A DNA stretch of 64,000 nucleotides from the human T2T-CHM13v2.0 reference genome, Homo sapiens (GCA_009914755.4 CP086569.2:1440001-1504000); one strand, 5' to 3'. Shown: positions 15,760 to 28,500, numbered from the stretch's first letter. Notes: generated by a model not told the origin, from the letters alone. Translations and numbers: made by a program.

Positions 15760-17150
15760 CCGGCCCCCCTCCTGTTTGGCTTAAGGGCTATGACCACAGA
15801 CCCTGGCCCAAGTACCTCCCCTGGTTACCCGCAGGCAGGTGGCACCATGGGGGCGGGGCGGACTCGCGCACGCGCAGTGCAAAAGGTCGGGCTCCCGGAA
15901 GTCCCTCCTCCCGGGGGCGGAGCCAGGGCAAGAAGGAGAAACCCGGTGCTGCCGCGCGGCCTCTTCCGCGAGCCCGCGCGCCGGAAGTGGAAATGCGTCA
16001 TAGAGGGCGGGCGGCGACGGCGGTGGCGGCGTCGGAGGCGCCTCCGGGGGACGGTGGCGGCTCCCGGCGGTGAGGCCGCGCCTGTCCGGGGATCGTCGAG
16101 GGACGGCGGGAGCTTGGGCCAGCGGCGGCGGCGGCCTGGGACGCAGGCGGAGCCCCGCGCAGGTGAGTGCCGCCCCCGTGCCTCCCGGGCCTGGCTGCAG
16201 CCGGCGAACGCTTCGCTCCTAGGGCCGCGCCCGGGGGGCCGGGGCTTGGGAGGCGGCGCCTAGGGGTCTCGGAGGTGACGGGGCTGGGGTTGGGGGGCGT
16301 GGGGTGCCACCGGGGGGCTGGGAGCGCCTGAGGCTGTACGGGCGAATCGGGGGCTGGGGAGGTCTGCGGTCGGGGTCCGGGGGTCCCTGGAAGTAGGGGT
16401 AGGGGCTGGAGCGGTTCCTGGGACTGCACCGAAGGAGCTGAGGCCTGGAGCGGTGTCGGAGGGCTGGGAGCTCGGGGGATCGGATGGGCGGGAGACTAGG
16501 AGGCCTGGGACTAGGGGACGTGGCGCTGCGGTCGCTCCTAGGTCTACAGTGGGAAGCAAGGGGCTGTCCGGGGTTTTCGGAGGCTGGGGCGGTGCTGTGT
16601 AGGTTGGGGTATTGGGGCTCATCCAGGAGGGTGGTGGGGAGCGGGGAACTGAGGAGCTGAGGGTACCGAGTGGCCAAGGGCCTGAGAATGTGTGGGGCCC
16701 TGCCAGGGGTGCCAGCGGCAGCCTGAGGCCATGCTGGGGGGCTGCGGTAGGTGGGAATACCAGGGGCAATGCCGCGTACTGGGGATTGGGCAGCCAGGTG
16801 TACCGGGGTGGTCGGAGGGCGCTGGAGGCCAGAGTGGGGAGGGTTCCTCGGTGGTGAAGTTGCTGGGGCCGCTTGGGTTCTGGGGGAGGGTTCACTGGTC
16901 TCTGTCCAGACTGGAGCCCCTCCCTGGTGCCCCACTGACCTTTTCTGGTCGCTTCTCCACCCTCCCTCCCTTCTTTCGCACCTCCCACCTCGGGCTTGGG
17001 CGAGGAGGCCGTCTCCTGGGCCTGGCAGGAAGCCTCCAGGTTGATGGGGTGGGCGGCCGGGCCGGAGGCGGTCACCTGAGATGGTTGGGTTTCTGCGAGT
17101 GAAGCTTCCTCTACTTGGACTTGGCCGTCAGGAAGTGGCTGCCCGTCAGC
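15760..17150 (+). promoter_or_regulatory. AKAP17A: CpG island and TATA-less promoter of AKAP17A. It covers exon 1 and the 5' part of intron 1. It contains GC boxes (GGGGCGGGG near 15846) and two ETS/GABP-like CCGGAAGT motifs near 15895 and 15980.
   Basis: Very high CpG density compared with the AT-rich upstream satellite. GC-box and CCGGAAGT motifs are read directly from the sequence. The first coding exon lies downstream on the same strand. Confidence 0.6.
15990..16162 (+). other. AKAP17A: AKAP17A exon 1, non-coding 5'UTR. The 3' end is fixed by the donor CAG|GTGAGT at 16163. The 5' end (TSS) is only an estimate.
   Basis: Consensus donor GTGAGT sits inside the CpG island. The ATG lies in the next exon, which follows a clean acceptor. 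Established knowledge: AKAP17A exon 1 is untranslated. Confidence 0.4.
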
Positions 17151-17855
17151 TCAGCAGGGAAGAGGTGCGTTAATGAAGGTGGGCGGAGAAAGAAGGCGCA
17201 GACGGGGGACTCCGGCCCCTAACTTGTGGAAAGTTCGTTGTACTTTTTGGCTTTGAGTGGGTTAAAGCTGGGATACGTTTGGCCTTCGTGGAGATTACTA
17301 GGGTTCATGGTTCTGGATTGTTGTTGCAGCCCGAGACTTCCTGTTTTATCAGGGCAAGTACAGGGCCGCCGCCCCCTCCACAAAACCTTTCCAGATGCCT
17401 GCAGCTGTGCTCTCCCTGGCCCCTTCCCTTCCCCAGTGTCTCTCTGCCCCTTCCCGTGGAGCTAGGCGTTTGTAGCGTCCCCGTTCCTACTTGACCTGTG
17501 TGAGGGGCCTGGTCGTGCTCAGCTTCCTATTCTGCAGGCCTTGGGAGCTGCTGGCTGCTGGATGTAGGGTGTCGGGCAGTGCTGACCGAGGCTTTGACAC
17601 TAACCTGTTCTTTATCAGCTCGGCTCTTTCCCCTTTGGTGTACTCTTAATGATTTCAAAAAGTAAAGAACTCCGTTGAGATGGCTGTTAACAAAGTGGAA
17701 ACCGGTCTCTGACACGGCAGAGAGACACTGCTGTTTCTCTTCTCCGGGTCCAGAAAGTGCCTGCTGGCTTGGCCCCTCCTCATTGGCGGGGGAGGTGGGG
17801 GGTGCTGGTGCTGACTGTCTGCGTCTTATGTTTCAGGCCCAGGGTCCCGGAGGCT

Positions 17856-18617
17856 ATGGCAGCGGCTACCATCGTGCACGACACGTCTGAGGCCGTGGAG
17901 CTCTGCCCTGCTTACGGCTTGTACCTGAAGCCCATCACCAAGATGACCATCAGCGTGGCACTCCCGCAGCTGAAGCAGCCGGGGAAGTCCATCTCCAACT
18001 GGGAGGTGATGGAGAGGCTGAAGGGCATGGTGCAGAACCACCAGTTCTCCACGCTGCGTATTTCCAAGAGCACCATGGACTTCATCCGCTTCGAGGGGGA
18101 GGTGGAGAACAAGAGCCTGGTCAAGTCTTTTCTGGCCTGCCTGGACGGCAAGACCATCAAGCTCAGCGGCTTCTCCGACATCCTGAAGGTGCGCGCGGCC
18201 GAGTTCAAGATCGACTTCCCCACCCGCCACGACTGGGACTCCTTCTTCCGCGACGCCAAGGACATGAACGAGACCCTGCCGGGGGAGCGGCCGGACACCA
18301 TCCACCTGGAGGGGCTGCCCTGCAAGTGGTTCGCCCTGAAGGAGTCGGGCTCCGAGAAGCCCAGCGAGGACGTCCTGGTCAAGGTGTTTGAGAAGTTCGG
18401 GGAGATCCGGAATGTGGACATCCCCATGCTGGACCCCTACCGGGAGGAGATGACGGGCCGCAACTTCCACACCTTCAGTTTCGGGGGGCACTTGAACTTC
18501 GAGGCCTATGTGCAGTACCGCGAGTACATGGGCTTCATCCAGGCCATGAGCGCCCTGCGCGGGATGAAACTCATGTACAAGGGCGAGGACGGCAAGGCCG
18601 TGGCCTGCAACATCAAG
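17856..18617 (+). CDS. AKAP17A: AKAP17A exon 2 coding part. The exon starts at 17837 after the acceptor tttcag. The ATG is at 17856. It encodes aa 1-254 (MAAATIVHDTSEAVELCPAYGLYLKPITK...AVACNIK), the N-terminal RRM-like/PKA-anchoring region. The donor is AAG|GTGAGT.
   Basis: Matches ORF-track frame 17757..18710. The translation is identical to the human AKAP17A (XE7) N-terminus. The splice sites are canonical. Confidence 0.92.
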
Positions 18618-18974
18618 GTGAGTCCTGGGCACCGAGAGAGCCACGCGCTTCCTCCCTCTGGCGACTTCCTTCCAGCAGGGTCAGCAGAACGCTCCCAGCC
18701 ACACCCCTGAGGCTGTGGGGACCTCCCCTAAGTAAAATGGCAGCAACAGTCCTGTGCCTGTCCAATTTCAGAGGCACAGGCGTGAGGTGGAGTAGGGGTC
18801 CCGTGCTGTGGTTTTGGAAATTTGGTATCTTAAGGAAGATGTGGGGGAGACACAGGTCATATAGTAGGTGAGGGATGGAGCCTCAGGAACTCTGACAGGG
18901 ATTTGAACCGTGTCAGAACCAAGAGAACCCGGCCTTCCCAGAATGCACCTTGAAACCAGGGCTGAACGTTCCCT

Positions 18975-19310
18975 TTAGCCTCATGTGCTTTTTTATTTTT
19001 TTTATTTTTTTTATTTTTATTTTTTTTTCGAGGCAGAGTCTCGATCTGTTTCCTGGACTGGAGTGCAGTGGCGCAATCTTTGCTCAGTGCATCCTCCGCC
19101 TCCTGGGTTCGAGCGATTCTTCTGCCTCAGCCTCCCGAGTAGCTGGGACTACAGGCGCGTGCCATCACACCTGGCTAATTTTTGTATTTTTAGTAGAAAC
19201 AGGGTTTTGCCGTATTGGCCAGGCTGGTCTCGAACTCCTGACCTCATGAACTGCCTGCCTCGCCCTCCCAAAGTGCTGGGATTACAGGCGTGAGCCACTG
19301 CGCTCAGCCT
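18975..19310 (-). mobile_element. Alu with a long T-rich start that includes (TTTTTA)n. It lies in AKAP17A intron 2.
   Basis: rc-Alu consensus at 19022-19310. Confidence 0.85.
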
Positions 19311-19769
19311 AGCCTCGTGTTTTGACCGTGTTGGCTTCACAGTGACAAATGAGCCAGCCTCCTGGAGGGGGTTTTGTGGCCTTAAGATGTGCCCTGTGGG
19401 TGTGGGCAGGCGGCCTGCTCAGTGACTGTGGCCACAGGGAATGGTGGAGCCGGGTAGCGGAAGGGGAGCTGTGTCTCGCAGCGGTGGCGTGTCACTTGTG
19501 TTCAGTAAGTGGCGAGGGCTAGTTGGTGTTCCTCGCTGAGTCGTAACTCCGTGGGATGAGCTAAGTCTTGAGCCACTGATGGTGACTTGAAGGGATTGGT
19601 TTGGCTTCTGGGCTCCACTGTCTGGGTCTGCACTGGACGTGAGTGGTGAGCGGTGAGCGGGCGCTCAGGCTCTGAGGCCACTCGGTCCTACGGCCCAGGA
19701 GAGGGCGCCTGGCCGTGTGTCTGGGGGGTTTTGGGGGAAGGCCATCTGACACTGTTTTTGCTTTTAAAG

Positions 19770-19918
19770 GTTTCTTTTGATTCGACCAAACACCTGAGTG
19801 ATGCCTCAATTAAGAAGCGGCAGCTGGAGAGGCAGAAGCTTCAGGAACTGGAGCAGCAAAGAGAAGAACAAAAGCGCAGAGAGAAGGAAGCGGAGGAGAG
19901 GCAGCGAGCGGAGGAAAG
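19770..19918 (+). CDS. AKAP17A: AKAP17A exon 3 (149 nt). It encodes VSFDSTKHLSDASIKKRQLERQKLQELEQQREEQKRREKEAEERQRAEE-R(split). Acceptor is ttttaaag| and donor is AG|GTACCT.
   Basis: Matches ORF-track frame 19653..20081. The protein continues exactly into exon 4 across the split Arg codon. The coordinate is fixed from the track. My own reading of the printed line drifted by 1 nt here. Confidence 0.85.
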
Positions 19919-19959
19919 GTACCTTCTGCGGGAGCGGGCCCTCGGCGCTGGTGTCCGGC

Positions 19960-20350
19960 ACCTGGGAGTGTGCGCAGACCCGTGTGCGTGTGTCTGCATG
20001 TATTCCTGTGCGTGTGTGTGTGCATGCATGCTTGTGAGCTTGTGTGTGTACCTGTGTGCATGGACGCACGTGTGCCTGTGAACCGGTGTGTGTACTTTGT
20101 ATGTCCCTATGTGCGCCCGAGTGTGTGCCTGAGCATCTGTGTGCACGTGTGCCTGTGTGTGCGTGCATGTGTGTGAGCTCGTGTGTGTACCTGTGTGTGT
20201 ATGTGCACGTGTGCCCACATGTGTGTGCTTCTGTATCGGCACATAGCACACATGTGCCTGTGTGCATGCGTGTGTGCCTGTGAACCCGTGTGTGTACTTG
20301 TGTGTGCACGTATGGGTGTGTGTGCAGGCCTGTGGGTGCTCAGCTGTGCA
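19960..20350. repeat. TG-rich (GTGTGC/GTGCAT) cryptic satellite with a duplicated segment of about 200 bp. Compare gtgcctgtgaaccggtgtgtgtactttgtatgtc at 20071 with gtgcctgtgaacccgtgtgtgtacttgtgtgtgc at 20276. It starts about 45 bp after the AKAP17A exon 3 donor.
   Basis: Direct. It produces C/V/H/T-rich artefact ORFs on both strands. Confidence 0.8.
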
Positions 20351-20603
20351 CATGAGGACCTGCGTGAGTGGCTGTTTGAGACGCAGCAGAATATGAATGT
20401 TTCTCTTTTTCTTGTCACACGTCGTGGTCTGACACGATCTCTGCCGGCTCCCAGGACCGCACCTTGCCCGAAGAGCCACCTCTTCTCCCTCCACATGCCG
20501 TTCACACCTCCCGCTGAAACAAGCAGAATGCCTTGGCTGTTTGCAAGTTTGCATTTAGGTTGAGGCTACATTTACAAAATGAAGTAGAGGGTTGATGGTG
20601 ATG

Positions 20604-20607
20604 GCCA

Positions 20608-20638
<31 letters not shown>
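20604..20638. repeat. A(35) homopolymer, possibly the tail of a retroposed fragment.
   Basis: Direct. Confidence 0.7.
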
Positions 20639-20799
20639 CCAATGATAGGACAAAAACCCGGTTTCACATAAGAGGCCTTTAAAGCAATTGCCTGGGTCGT
20701 TCACTGTGGTTGGGGTACCAGAGACAACCTCAGGTCACTCTTTGTAGCCCCTTTTATCTTCTTAGCATTGCAGGAGGGAACCAACAACTTTCTGTGAAT

Positions 20800-21100
20800 C
20801 CCCTGAGGCGGAATCCTCCTCCTCCTCCTCCTCCTCCATCCCTCCCACCCTCCTAGTGAGGCGGAATCCTCCTCTTCCTTCTCCATCACTCCCACCCTCC
20901 TAGTGAGGTGGATTCCTCCTCCTCCTCCTCCATCCCTCCCACCCTCCTAGTGAGGTGGATTCCTCCTCCTCCTCCTCCATCCCTCCCACCCTCCTAGTGA
21001 GGTGGATTCCTCCTCCTCCTTCTCCATCCCTCCCACCCTCCTAGTGAGGCGGAATCCTCCTCCTCCTCCTCCTCTTCGTCCTCCGTCCCTCCCGCTGTGT
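20800..21100. repeat. Tandem repeat of about 57 bp (cctcctcctcctccatccctcccaccctcctagtgaggtggattcct) in five to six copies.
   Basis: Direct. It creates the 117-aa minus-strand artefact ORF. Confidence 0.85.
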
Positions 21101-23325
21101 CCTCTGACGACTTTGGTGCGTCCTGCACGTCTGTTGCGCTTCATGTCGCCGATATCAAGTCTGGGACGTGTTGGACTTGGCTGGGGGGCTCCTGGACAGC
21201 CTCTGGTGGGACCGAGTTGGTCCGTTTTGTTTCCATTTCTCACTGCTTTATGTGACGCTGGTGCCAGCGTGTTGATGTGTGTGGCTGGTGATGTTTGCAC
21301 GAGAGTCCCGGCACTGAACTCCTGGGAGCAGGTCCATCCTGCCCGTGGTGTTCTTTACGTAGCCCCCGTTGCCTCCCCAGGGGAGAGTCGGGTTGTCAGC
21401 CTCTGAATCTGAACCCCGAGGGCTCCTTAGGTGAGGCAGGTGCAGTGTGTAAGCGAGTGGCCGTGAATGTGCTGGGGGGGCCCATGTCAGCCGTCAGGAT
21501 TCCCAGGACCTAAGGCAGGCAGCACAGAGAGGCAGACGCCCTGGGAGGGAGGGACATGCTGCTGCGTCGCCATCCTGGGAGGCGGTCCCTGGGAGGGGCG
21601 GTTCGGATGTGGGGTTGAGTCCGGGTCCCCTGTGTCAGCCGCTGTCAGGCCGAGCAGGACAGCTGGGGTGGGAGACAGTCCTGGGGCGTTACAGGGACTC
21701 TTCCAGGCTGCAGACACAGCCCAGGCCTGGCTGAATGTGCCTGTCCACATTCTGGAAGTGTGGAGTGGGACTCAGAGCCTCGGACCTCTCGGTGTCGCAG
21801 GAGTGTCCCCGCAACATTTCAGAAAGCAGCTTGCGGGTGCGGAGAAGAAGCTGCATCCTTGATCTTTCCCTGAGGAGAGATGGACGTTGGAGTAGTGGAG
21901 TGTGTCTCTGCAGGGAAGGGACCCCGTCTGCCTGGCCAGACCACAGAGGGATTGGGGGAAGCGGGGCCGGGCCATGAGGTTCTCGAGAGCAGGATGGGGT
22001 GTCCAGAGCCCCGGGGAGGGGCAGGCCTGTTGTCTGGGGGAGCTGGCCAGGAGGGCTCCACACGCAGGGCCGTACTTGTCCCCGCTGTCCCCCACTGTCC
22101 TTCCTCAGAGGCTGAGCATGAGGGGAGGCCCAGGGCAGCCTCCTGCATTTCTTTCTGGTGGGTGGAGATGAGGCATGTTTGCTTGTTCAGCCCTCACGTG
22201 TAACTTTGAGCTTGATGAGAGCTGTCCTCTGAAAGCTGCCCAGCCTCGAGGCGTCGCTGTGGGTCCCGCCTAAGGGCGTGCTGTGTGCTGGGCTGCCCTG
22301 AGCCGCCCTCCGAGCTCGTGGGGCGGTGACAGCTCACAGGGCGGTTAAACCTTCAGCACATGAAACTGCCTGAGGACCTGCATGCCCCGCCCGGAGACCG
22401 TGTGGATCACTGTCTGGGCGTCGGCACCTGGCCCGGCCCCCTTCTTGGGGTGGCAGAGCGTGGGATGCCTTTTCTCCCGGCCTGCTCCTCCTTGTCCCCG
22501 TGTCTCCTCTCGCCTTGGTGTCTGCGTGGGTCTGTGTCACCCCGGCGGGCTTTGTGGCCTCACTAGGCGGTTGGCGGCGCCCACCCGGGCTTCAGAAGTC
22601 TCCGCCTCCGTGTCGTGTTCCATAGGAACAGCTGCGACTTGTTCCCATGTCCGGTGTTGGTTGAAATGCATTTGAGAGCTGCGGGGCGGGGGAGGCTGAG
22701 CTAGGGAACTCCCCACTGTCTCTTGTGGACTCTCTCTGGGGACCGCGCCCCTCCCCGGCCGCATTCAGCCTCACTTCCTGGACACCCCTCTCCACAGGAA
22801 AAGTGCAAGGAGCTGAGTGGCGTGGCTGTGGTTGGATTTGTTTAGAGAGAGGTCCCCCCGTGCCAGTGCTGTGTGGTGCCCTCACAGGAGTCCTGCACAA
22901 CAAGGAGTCACCCAGCGCGGTTCCTGGTGGGCAGAACCGGCGTCCTCCGCGCCGCTGTGCATCCCGGGGCCTTGTTGGGCCTGCTGGGGTTCCTCTTTCA
23001 CCCGTCCGTCTGCCCATCCGTCTTTCCCCTGACTGGGGGCGTGGCTTTTGATGTGGTCGGTCCAGTGGTCGTTTTCTTCGTGGTTTCAGGGTTGGGTCAC
23101 ACTTAGCAGGACGGTGTGTTGGAAGGTCACGGAGGTCCTCGCCCGGCTCACTCCTTCCACCTCTCGGGCTGCTTTGAGTCAACCGAGGTCCACCTTGGGA
23201 TAAAGAGTTAAATGCTTAATCGTTGGACCGTGGCCTGTTCCGCCGTGTGTGGAAAGCCGCTTGTATGGTGTGTGGTGTGTTGGCTGCGGCGCTCTCTGTG
23301 ACCACCCCCGGTGTGTTCCACACAG

Positions 23326-23566
23326 GAAACAAAAGGAGCTGGAAGAGCTGGAGCGAGAGAGGAAAAGAGAAGAGAAGCTTCGCAAGAGGGAGCAGAAGCA
23401 GAGGGACCGTGAGCTGCGCCGGAATCAGAAGAAGCTGGAGAAGCTGCAGGCGGAGGAGCAGAAGCAGCTGCAGGAGAAGATCAAGCTGGAGGAGCGCAAG
23501 CTGCTGCTGGCCCAGAGGAACCTGCAGTCCATCCGGCTCATCGCCGAGCTGCTCAGCAGAGCCAAG
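23326..23566 (+). CDS. AKAP17A: AKAP17A exon 4 (241 nt). It encodes KQKELEELERERKREEKLRKREQKQRDRELRRNQKKLEKLQAEEQKQLQEKIKLEERKLLLAQRNLQSIRLIAELLSRAK, the E/R/K-rich coiled-coil region. Acceptor is cacacag| and donor is AAG|GTACCC.
   Basis: Matches ORF-track frame 23249..23755 (GTG start artefact). The reading frame continues from exon 3. Confidence 0.88.
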
Positions 23567-24792
23567 GTACCCGGGGGCTCCCTCTGCAGCCGCCAGCCGC
23601 GCCCGGGCTGCCCTCAGTGCCCTCCCCTGAAATGCGGGCGGCGTCACGGCGCCGTTTCCCCGCCGGCTGCAGCTGTAGCTACGAAACCAGCTTTAATGCC
23701 GAGGATGACGGCTCCTTCCCGGGAGGGTGTAGCGCTCGTCTGTCGTTCCCGATGATTTCAGAGCTGTGACGGTTTCCTTTTGCAAAGCTGGTGCATTCAG
23801 GTTCCCCGAGCAGGCTGGCAGCCTCCCGGGGGCCAGGGCAGAGGCTCTCTGTTTCCTTTGGGTCGGGGCAGTGGCAGAGAGTGCAGGGGGCCGCTCCCTC
23901 TGGCCCGCGCCTCTGTGTGTGGTCAGCTGGCCTGGCTGTGACCTCACCAGTGGCCCAGAGCAGAGGGGCAAGGTGGGCTGGGGGGAGGGCTGAGCGCACA
24001 GAGGGGGCCTGCCGTGGGCCCGGGTCCCTCCTCCGCAGCGTGAACCTGACAGGTCTCACCAGCGCCGGTACTGACGACCCCCTCAGCACCAAGAGCCTCC
24101 CTGCTCCTCCTGCAGGCGCGACTGGTAACTCCCATGAGCCCGGGGCCAGGGCCCACAGACAGACAGACCTCCCCAGGACAGACGTCCCCGGCACGCTCCT
24201 TGTCCTCAGGAGGGCTGCGTCCCCCTGGAGTCCAACGCGGGGCGACCCCATAACCTGTTGTCTGATTACAGTTGTGATAAGTCCCCGGGAAGGAGCATGA
24301 CAAGAGGCTGAGACATGTGGCAGCCCAGTCCTTACCTCATGGTGAATATTGAAGACACTAACCCAGGCTAGGCCAGGCTCGCCCCGCAGCTACGGCGGTG
24401 GCATGCGTCTGCGGCGTCATCTCAGCTCCCTGTTGCTGGCGGCCGCTTGTGACCTAACCGCAGGCGCCTGTGTGCAACGTGGTGGGGCTCCCGGCAGGGC
24501 TCGGCTCTGCCCAAGAGGCCCGCCCTGGGGCTGCGCCGAGCCGCTTTGCCAAGGGGTTTCCTTCTCACTCAGACGCATGATGGCCCCAGGTGTGGCCGCG
24601 GGAGCCGAGGGATGGACGGGCTGGACCTGGCTCGCCGTAGGAGACGCCCCCCACCCCTGGGCTGGAGTCCAGCCAGGCCGCTGATCCTGCATCCCCAGAC
24701 CATGGGGCCTCCAAACACCTTCCCAGCTCCTGTCCCACGTGTCCGGCCAGGCTCAGGAACCGGGCTCAGCTGCACTTTCCTCTTCCCCGCAG

Positions 24793-25728
24793 GCTGTGAA
24801 GCTACGGGAACAGGAGCAGAAGGAGGAGAAGCTGAGGCTCCAGCAGCAGGAGGAGCGGCGGCGGCTGCAGGAGGCCGAGCTGCGGCGCGTGGAGGAGGAG
24901 AAGGAGCGCGCGCTGGGCCTGCAGCGGAAAGAGCGGGAGCTGCGCGAGCGGCTGCTGAGCATCCTGCTGAGCAAGAAGCCGGACGACAGCCACACACACG
25001 ACGAGCTGGGCGTGGCACACGCCGACCTGCTGCAGCCCGTCCTGGACATCCTGCAGACCGTGTCGTCCGGCTGTGTGAGCGCCACCACGCTGCACCCCCT
25101 CGGGGGCCAGCCCCCGGCCGGTGCCCCCAAGGAGAGCCCGGCCCACCCAGAGGCCGACGGCGCTCCCAAAAGCGTGAACGGGAGCGTGGCCGAGGAGGCC
25201 CCATGCAAGGAGGTTCAGAGCTCCTGTCGTGTGGTCCCCGAGGATGGCTCTCCAGAGAAGAGGTGCCCGGGCGGCGTCCTCTCCTGCATTCCTGACAACA
25301 ACCAACAGCCCAAGGGCATCCCTGCCTGCGAGCAGAATGTCTCCAGAAAGGACACCCGGTCAGAACAGGACAAGTGCAACCGGGAGCCCAGCAAGGGCCG
25401 GGGCCGGGCCACCGGAGACGGGCTTGCTGACCGGCACAAGCGGGAGAGGAGCCGGGCCAGGCGGGCCAGCAGCAGGGAGGACGGGAGGCCACGCAAGGAG
25501 CGGCGGCCCCACAAGAAGCACGCCTACAAGGATGACAGCCCCCGCCGGCGCAGCACGAGCCCGGACCACACCCGGTCCCGGAGGTCCCACAGCAAAGACA
25601 GGCACCGGAGGGAGCGGAGCCGGGAGCGGAGGGGCAGCGCCAGCAGGAAGCACAGCCGCCACCGCCGCCGAAGCGAGCGGTCGCGCTCCCGGTCCCCGAG
25701 CAGGCACCGCAGTACCTGGAACAGGTAA
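24793..25728 (+). CDS. AKAP17A: AKAP17A terminal exon 5, coding part. It encodes AVKLREQEQKEEK...RS-rich C-terminal domain...SPSRHRSTWNR followed by a TAA stop at 25726-25728. The acceptor is ccccgcag|.
   Basis: Matches ORF-track 24739..25728. The summed CDS is 762+149+241+936 = 2088 nt = 695 aa plus stop. This matches the known human protein length. Confidence 0.9.
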   Translation, partial: AVKLREQEQKEEKLRLQQQEERRRLQEAELRRVEEEKERALGLQRKERELRERLLSILLSKKPDDSHTHDELGVAHADLLQPVLDILQTVSSGCVSATTLHPLGGQPPAGAPKESPAHPEADGAPKSVNGSVAEEAPCKEVQSSCRVVPEDGSPEKRCPGGVLSCIPDNNQQPKGIPACEQNVSRKDTRSEQDKCNREPSKGRGRATGDGLADRHKRERSRARRASSREDGRPRKERRPHKKHAYKDDSPRRRSTSPDHTRSRRSHSKDRHRRERSRERRGSASRKHSRHRRRSERSRSRSPSRHRSTWNR

Positions 25729-26650
25729 TGACGGGCACGGCCTCCCCACGGCCTGTCCGGGAAAGACCAGGACCTGCTCGAGCCTCCTGGCCGCTCCTTG
25801 GCCGCTCTCCGTCCACCCCTGCAAAGCCAAGACCCTTCTGCAGCCACGAATGTCCACGGAGCCCGCCGGCAGGAAGGAAGACACCATGCTTTAGAGATCC
25901 ATCTTTCTCCACTCACCGCAGCGTACTTGGCACTTCAGTTTCAAACACGTAGTCCTTTAAAACTTGATCCGATAGCTTTAATGCGGCCGGTCCTCTCTCA
26001 GTCAGGAAAATTGCACAGACCGACAGTCGTGAGGATGGCAGAGCTGCTGCATTCCCCCACACGGGGATTTCTGTGTCTGCTTGGCGACCTCCCTGCGTGC
26101 ACGGCCTAGGAGGTGCACGGGCCACCATAGTCACACTGGCACTGAAAAGAAAGCGTTGCCCTGGTGATTCTTTCCCCCCCGTTTGTAATGTTAACTGATC
26201 AGGAAGTGCAGTTTGGGTGGGATGCCGAATCGTCGTGCTGACATTGAGTCACGGATGAGGAAGGTACAAGTCCTTTAAGATCAAAACTCAAACGGGCCGT
26301 TCTTTCTAAGGTGTCGGTATGTGGGGAGTGGTACAAAATGGTCTGATGCTCCTTCAAAAACATTCACTTTTTACAACGTCAAGGAATTAAGCATAAAAAA
26401 GATTGGTTAAAAGCTTTGGTTTCTAGTAAAGGTTAGTGTGTGTGGTTTTTTTAAGAAGCTGTTTTGCTAAATTATTTTTACTTGGAATGTTTCAAACAGA
26501 TTTCAGGCTGCAAACTTGTTTTATAATCGTTTGCTTCTCCAAGTGAAGCTCAGAAATACCTAAAAATAGCTGTAACGTTCGCGTTAGGAAAGATGGTGTT
26601 TATTCCAGTTTGCATTTTTATGGTGAAATAAAATCCTTTTCCAATGAACT
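25729..26650 (+). other. AKAP17A: AKAP17A 3'UTR. The AATAAA signal is at 26627-26632. The cleavage site is estimated at about 26650.
   Basis: Non-repetitive sequence follows the stop codon. AATAAA sits about 900 nt downstream and is followed by T/GT-rich sequence. The exact poly(A) site was not determined. Confidence 0.5.
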
Positions 26651-26943
26651 AAAATTTTTCACGCTTACGATTTTTGTGTTTTTATGTTCCTTGGACTGCA
26701 TTATTCAGCTGAGGCTAGCCAAGTGTGCGTGAAACCAGTAGAGATCGTTCGCTTTTCCTAGAACTGCTGATTCAACGATGACATATCCCACAGCTCTCCC
26801 GCAGCTGTACGGTAGTAACCTTCTGAGAGGAGAATCCTGGCTCTTAAGAGGCATCTGATTTGTTTGCTGAGAACATAAACTTAGCCAAATTCCCAAAACC
26901 AATCTTTTTTAAAGCCAAGGAGCTGTTTTTAAAGCAAATTTAA

Positions 26944-27280
<337 letters not shown>

Positions 27281-27539
27281 TAGTGGTCGCAGGTAGCGTA
27301 GGCACTGCCTGCTTGACCCAGGGTGGAATAGTCTGTTCCTCTGTTTAATTAAAACACAAACGTTCTTGGGGACTGGAGGGCTGGACACGTGCCTGTTGCA
27401 TCCCCAAGCTCATATCACTAGCAGACAGATGAGCGCTACACACACACCTTTCTCTCAAACGGCTCTGTCTGGCCTGAGACCAACTGACAAGATGCGTCCA
27501 GACACAGAGTGTTTGCAAACACGGACCTCTCAGAAGTCT

Positions 27540-28188
<649 letters not shown>

Positions 28189-28329
28189 CTAGGGGTTGAT
28201 GGGAGAGAAGGTGGCAGAAATTGAATGCGTGTTGCCTTGTGATATGTTAGATGTGGGCAGTCTAGGAAAGCTGGAGAGCACCACCCCCAGGCCTATAGAA
28301 TTGGGTATCTATGGAAGAGATTTAGGAAT

Positions 28330-28500
28330 CTGAACTCCTTTTCTCTGTTTTCTCTTTTGTCTATCGCTCGTGCTCTCTCTCTCTCTCCTTCCTTCCTTCC
28401 CTCCCTCCCTCCCTTTCTTTTCCTTTTCTTTCCTTTTCTCTTTCTTTTTTCCTTTCCTTCCTTCCCTCTTTCCTATTTCTCTTTTATTTTTTGAGACGAA
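28330..28500. repeat. (CT)n/(TTCC)n/(CCTT)n polypyrimidine simple repeat.
   Basis: Direct. Confidence 0.85.

Noticed and set aside
15729-17102. Multiple ORFs of 100-270 aa on both strands in the AKAP17A CpG island and intron 1.
   Set aside because: CpG-island composition artefact (Arg/Pro/Gly/Ala-rich). The real exon 1 is non-coding.
19841-20563. 237-aa minus-strand and 126-aa plus-strand ORFs rich in C/H/T/V.
   Set aside because: Translation of the TG/CA-rich satellite in AKAP17A intron 3.
20360-20640. Unique segment ending in A(35), possibly a processed pseudogene or retroposed transcript tail.
   Set aside because: I could not recognise the upstream sequence as any known mRNA. Without a database search it remains an unassigned poly(A)-terminated fragment.
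24569-25912. 447-aa minus-strand ORF antisense to AKAP17A exon 5, plus several ORFs of 150-330 aa at 21000-25300 on both strands.
   Set aside because: This is GC-rich sequence (introns and the RS-domain-coding exon), which is depleted in stop codons in all frames. There is no independent support. The ORFs overlap a confirmed exon in antisense.
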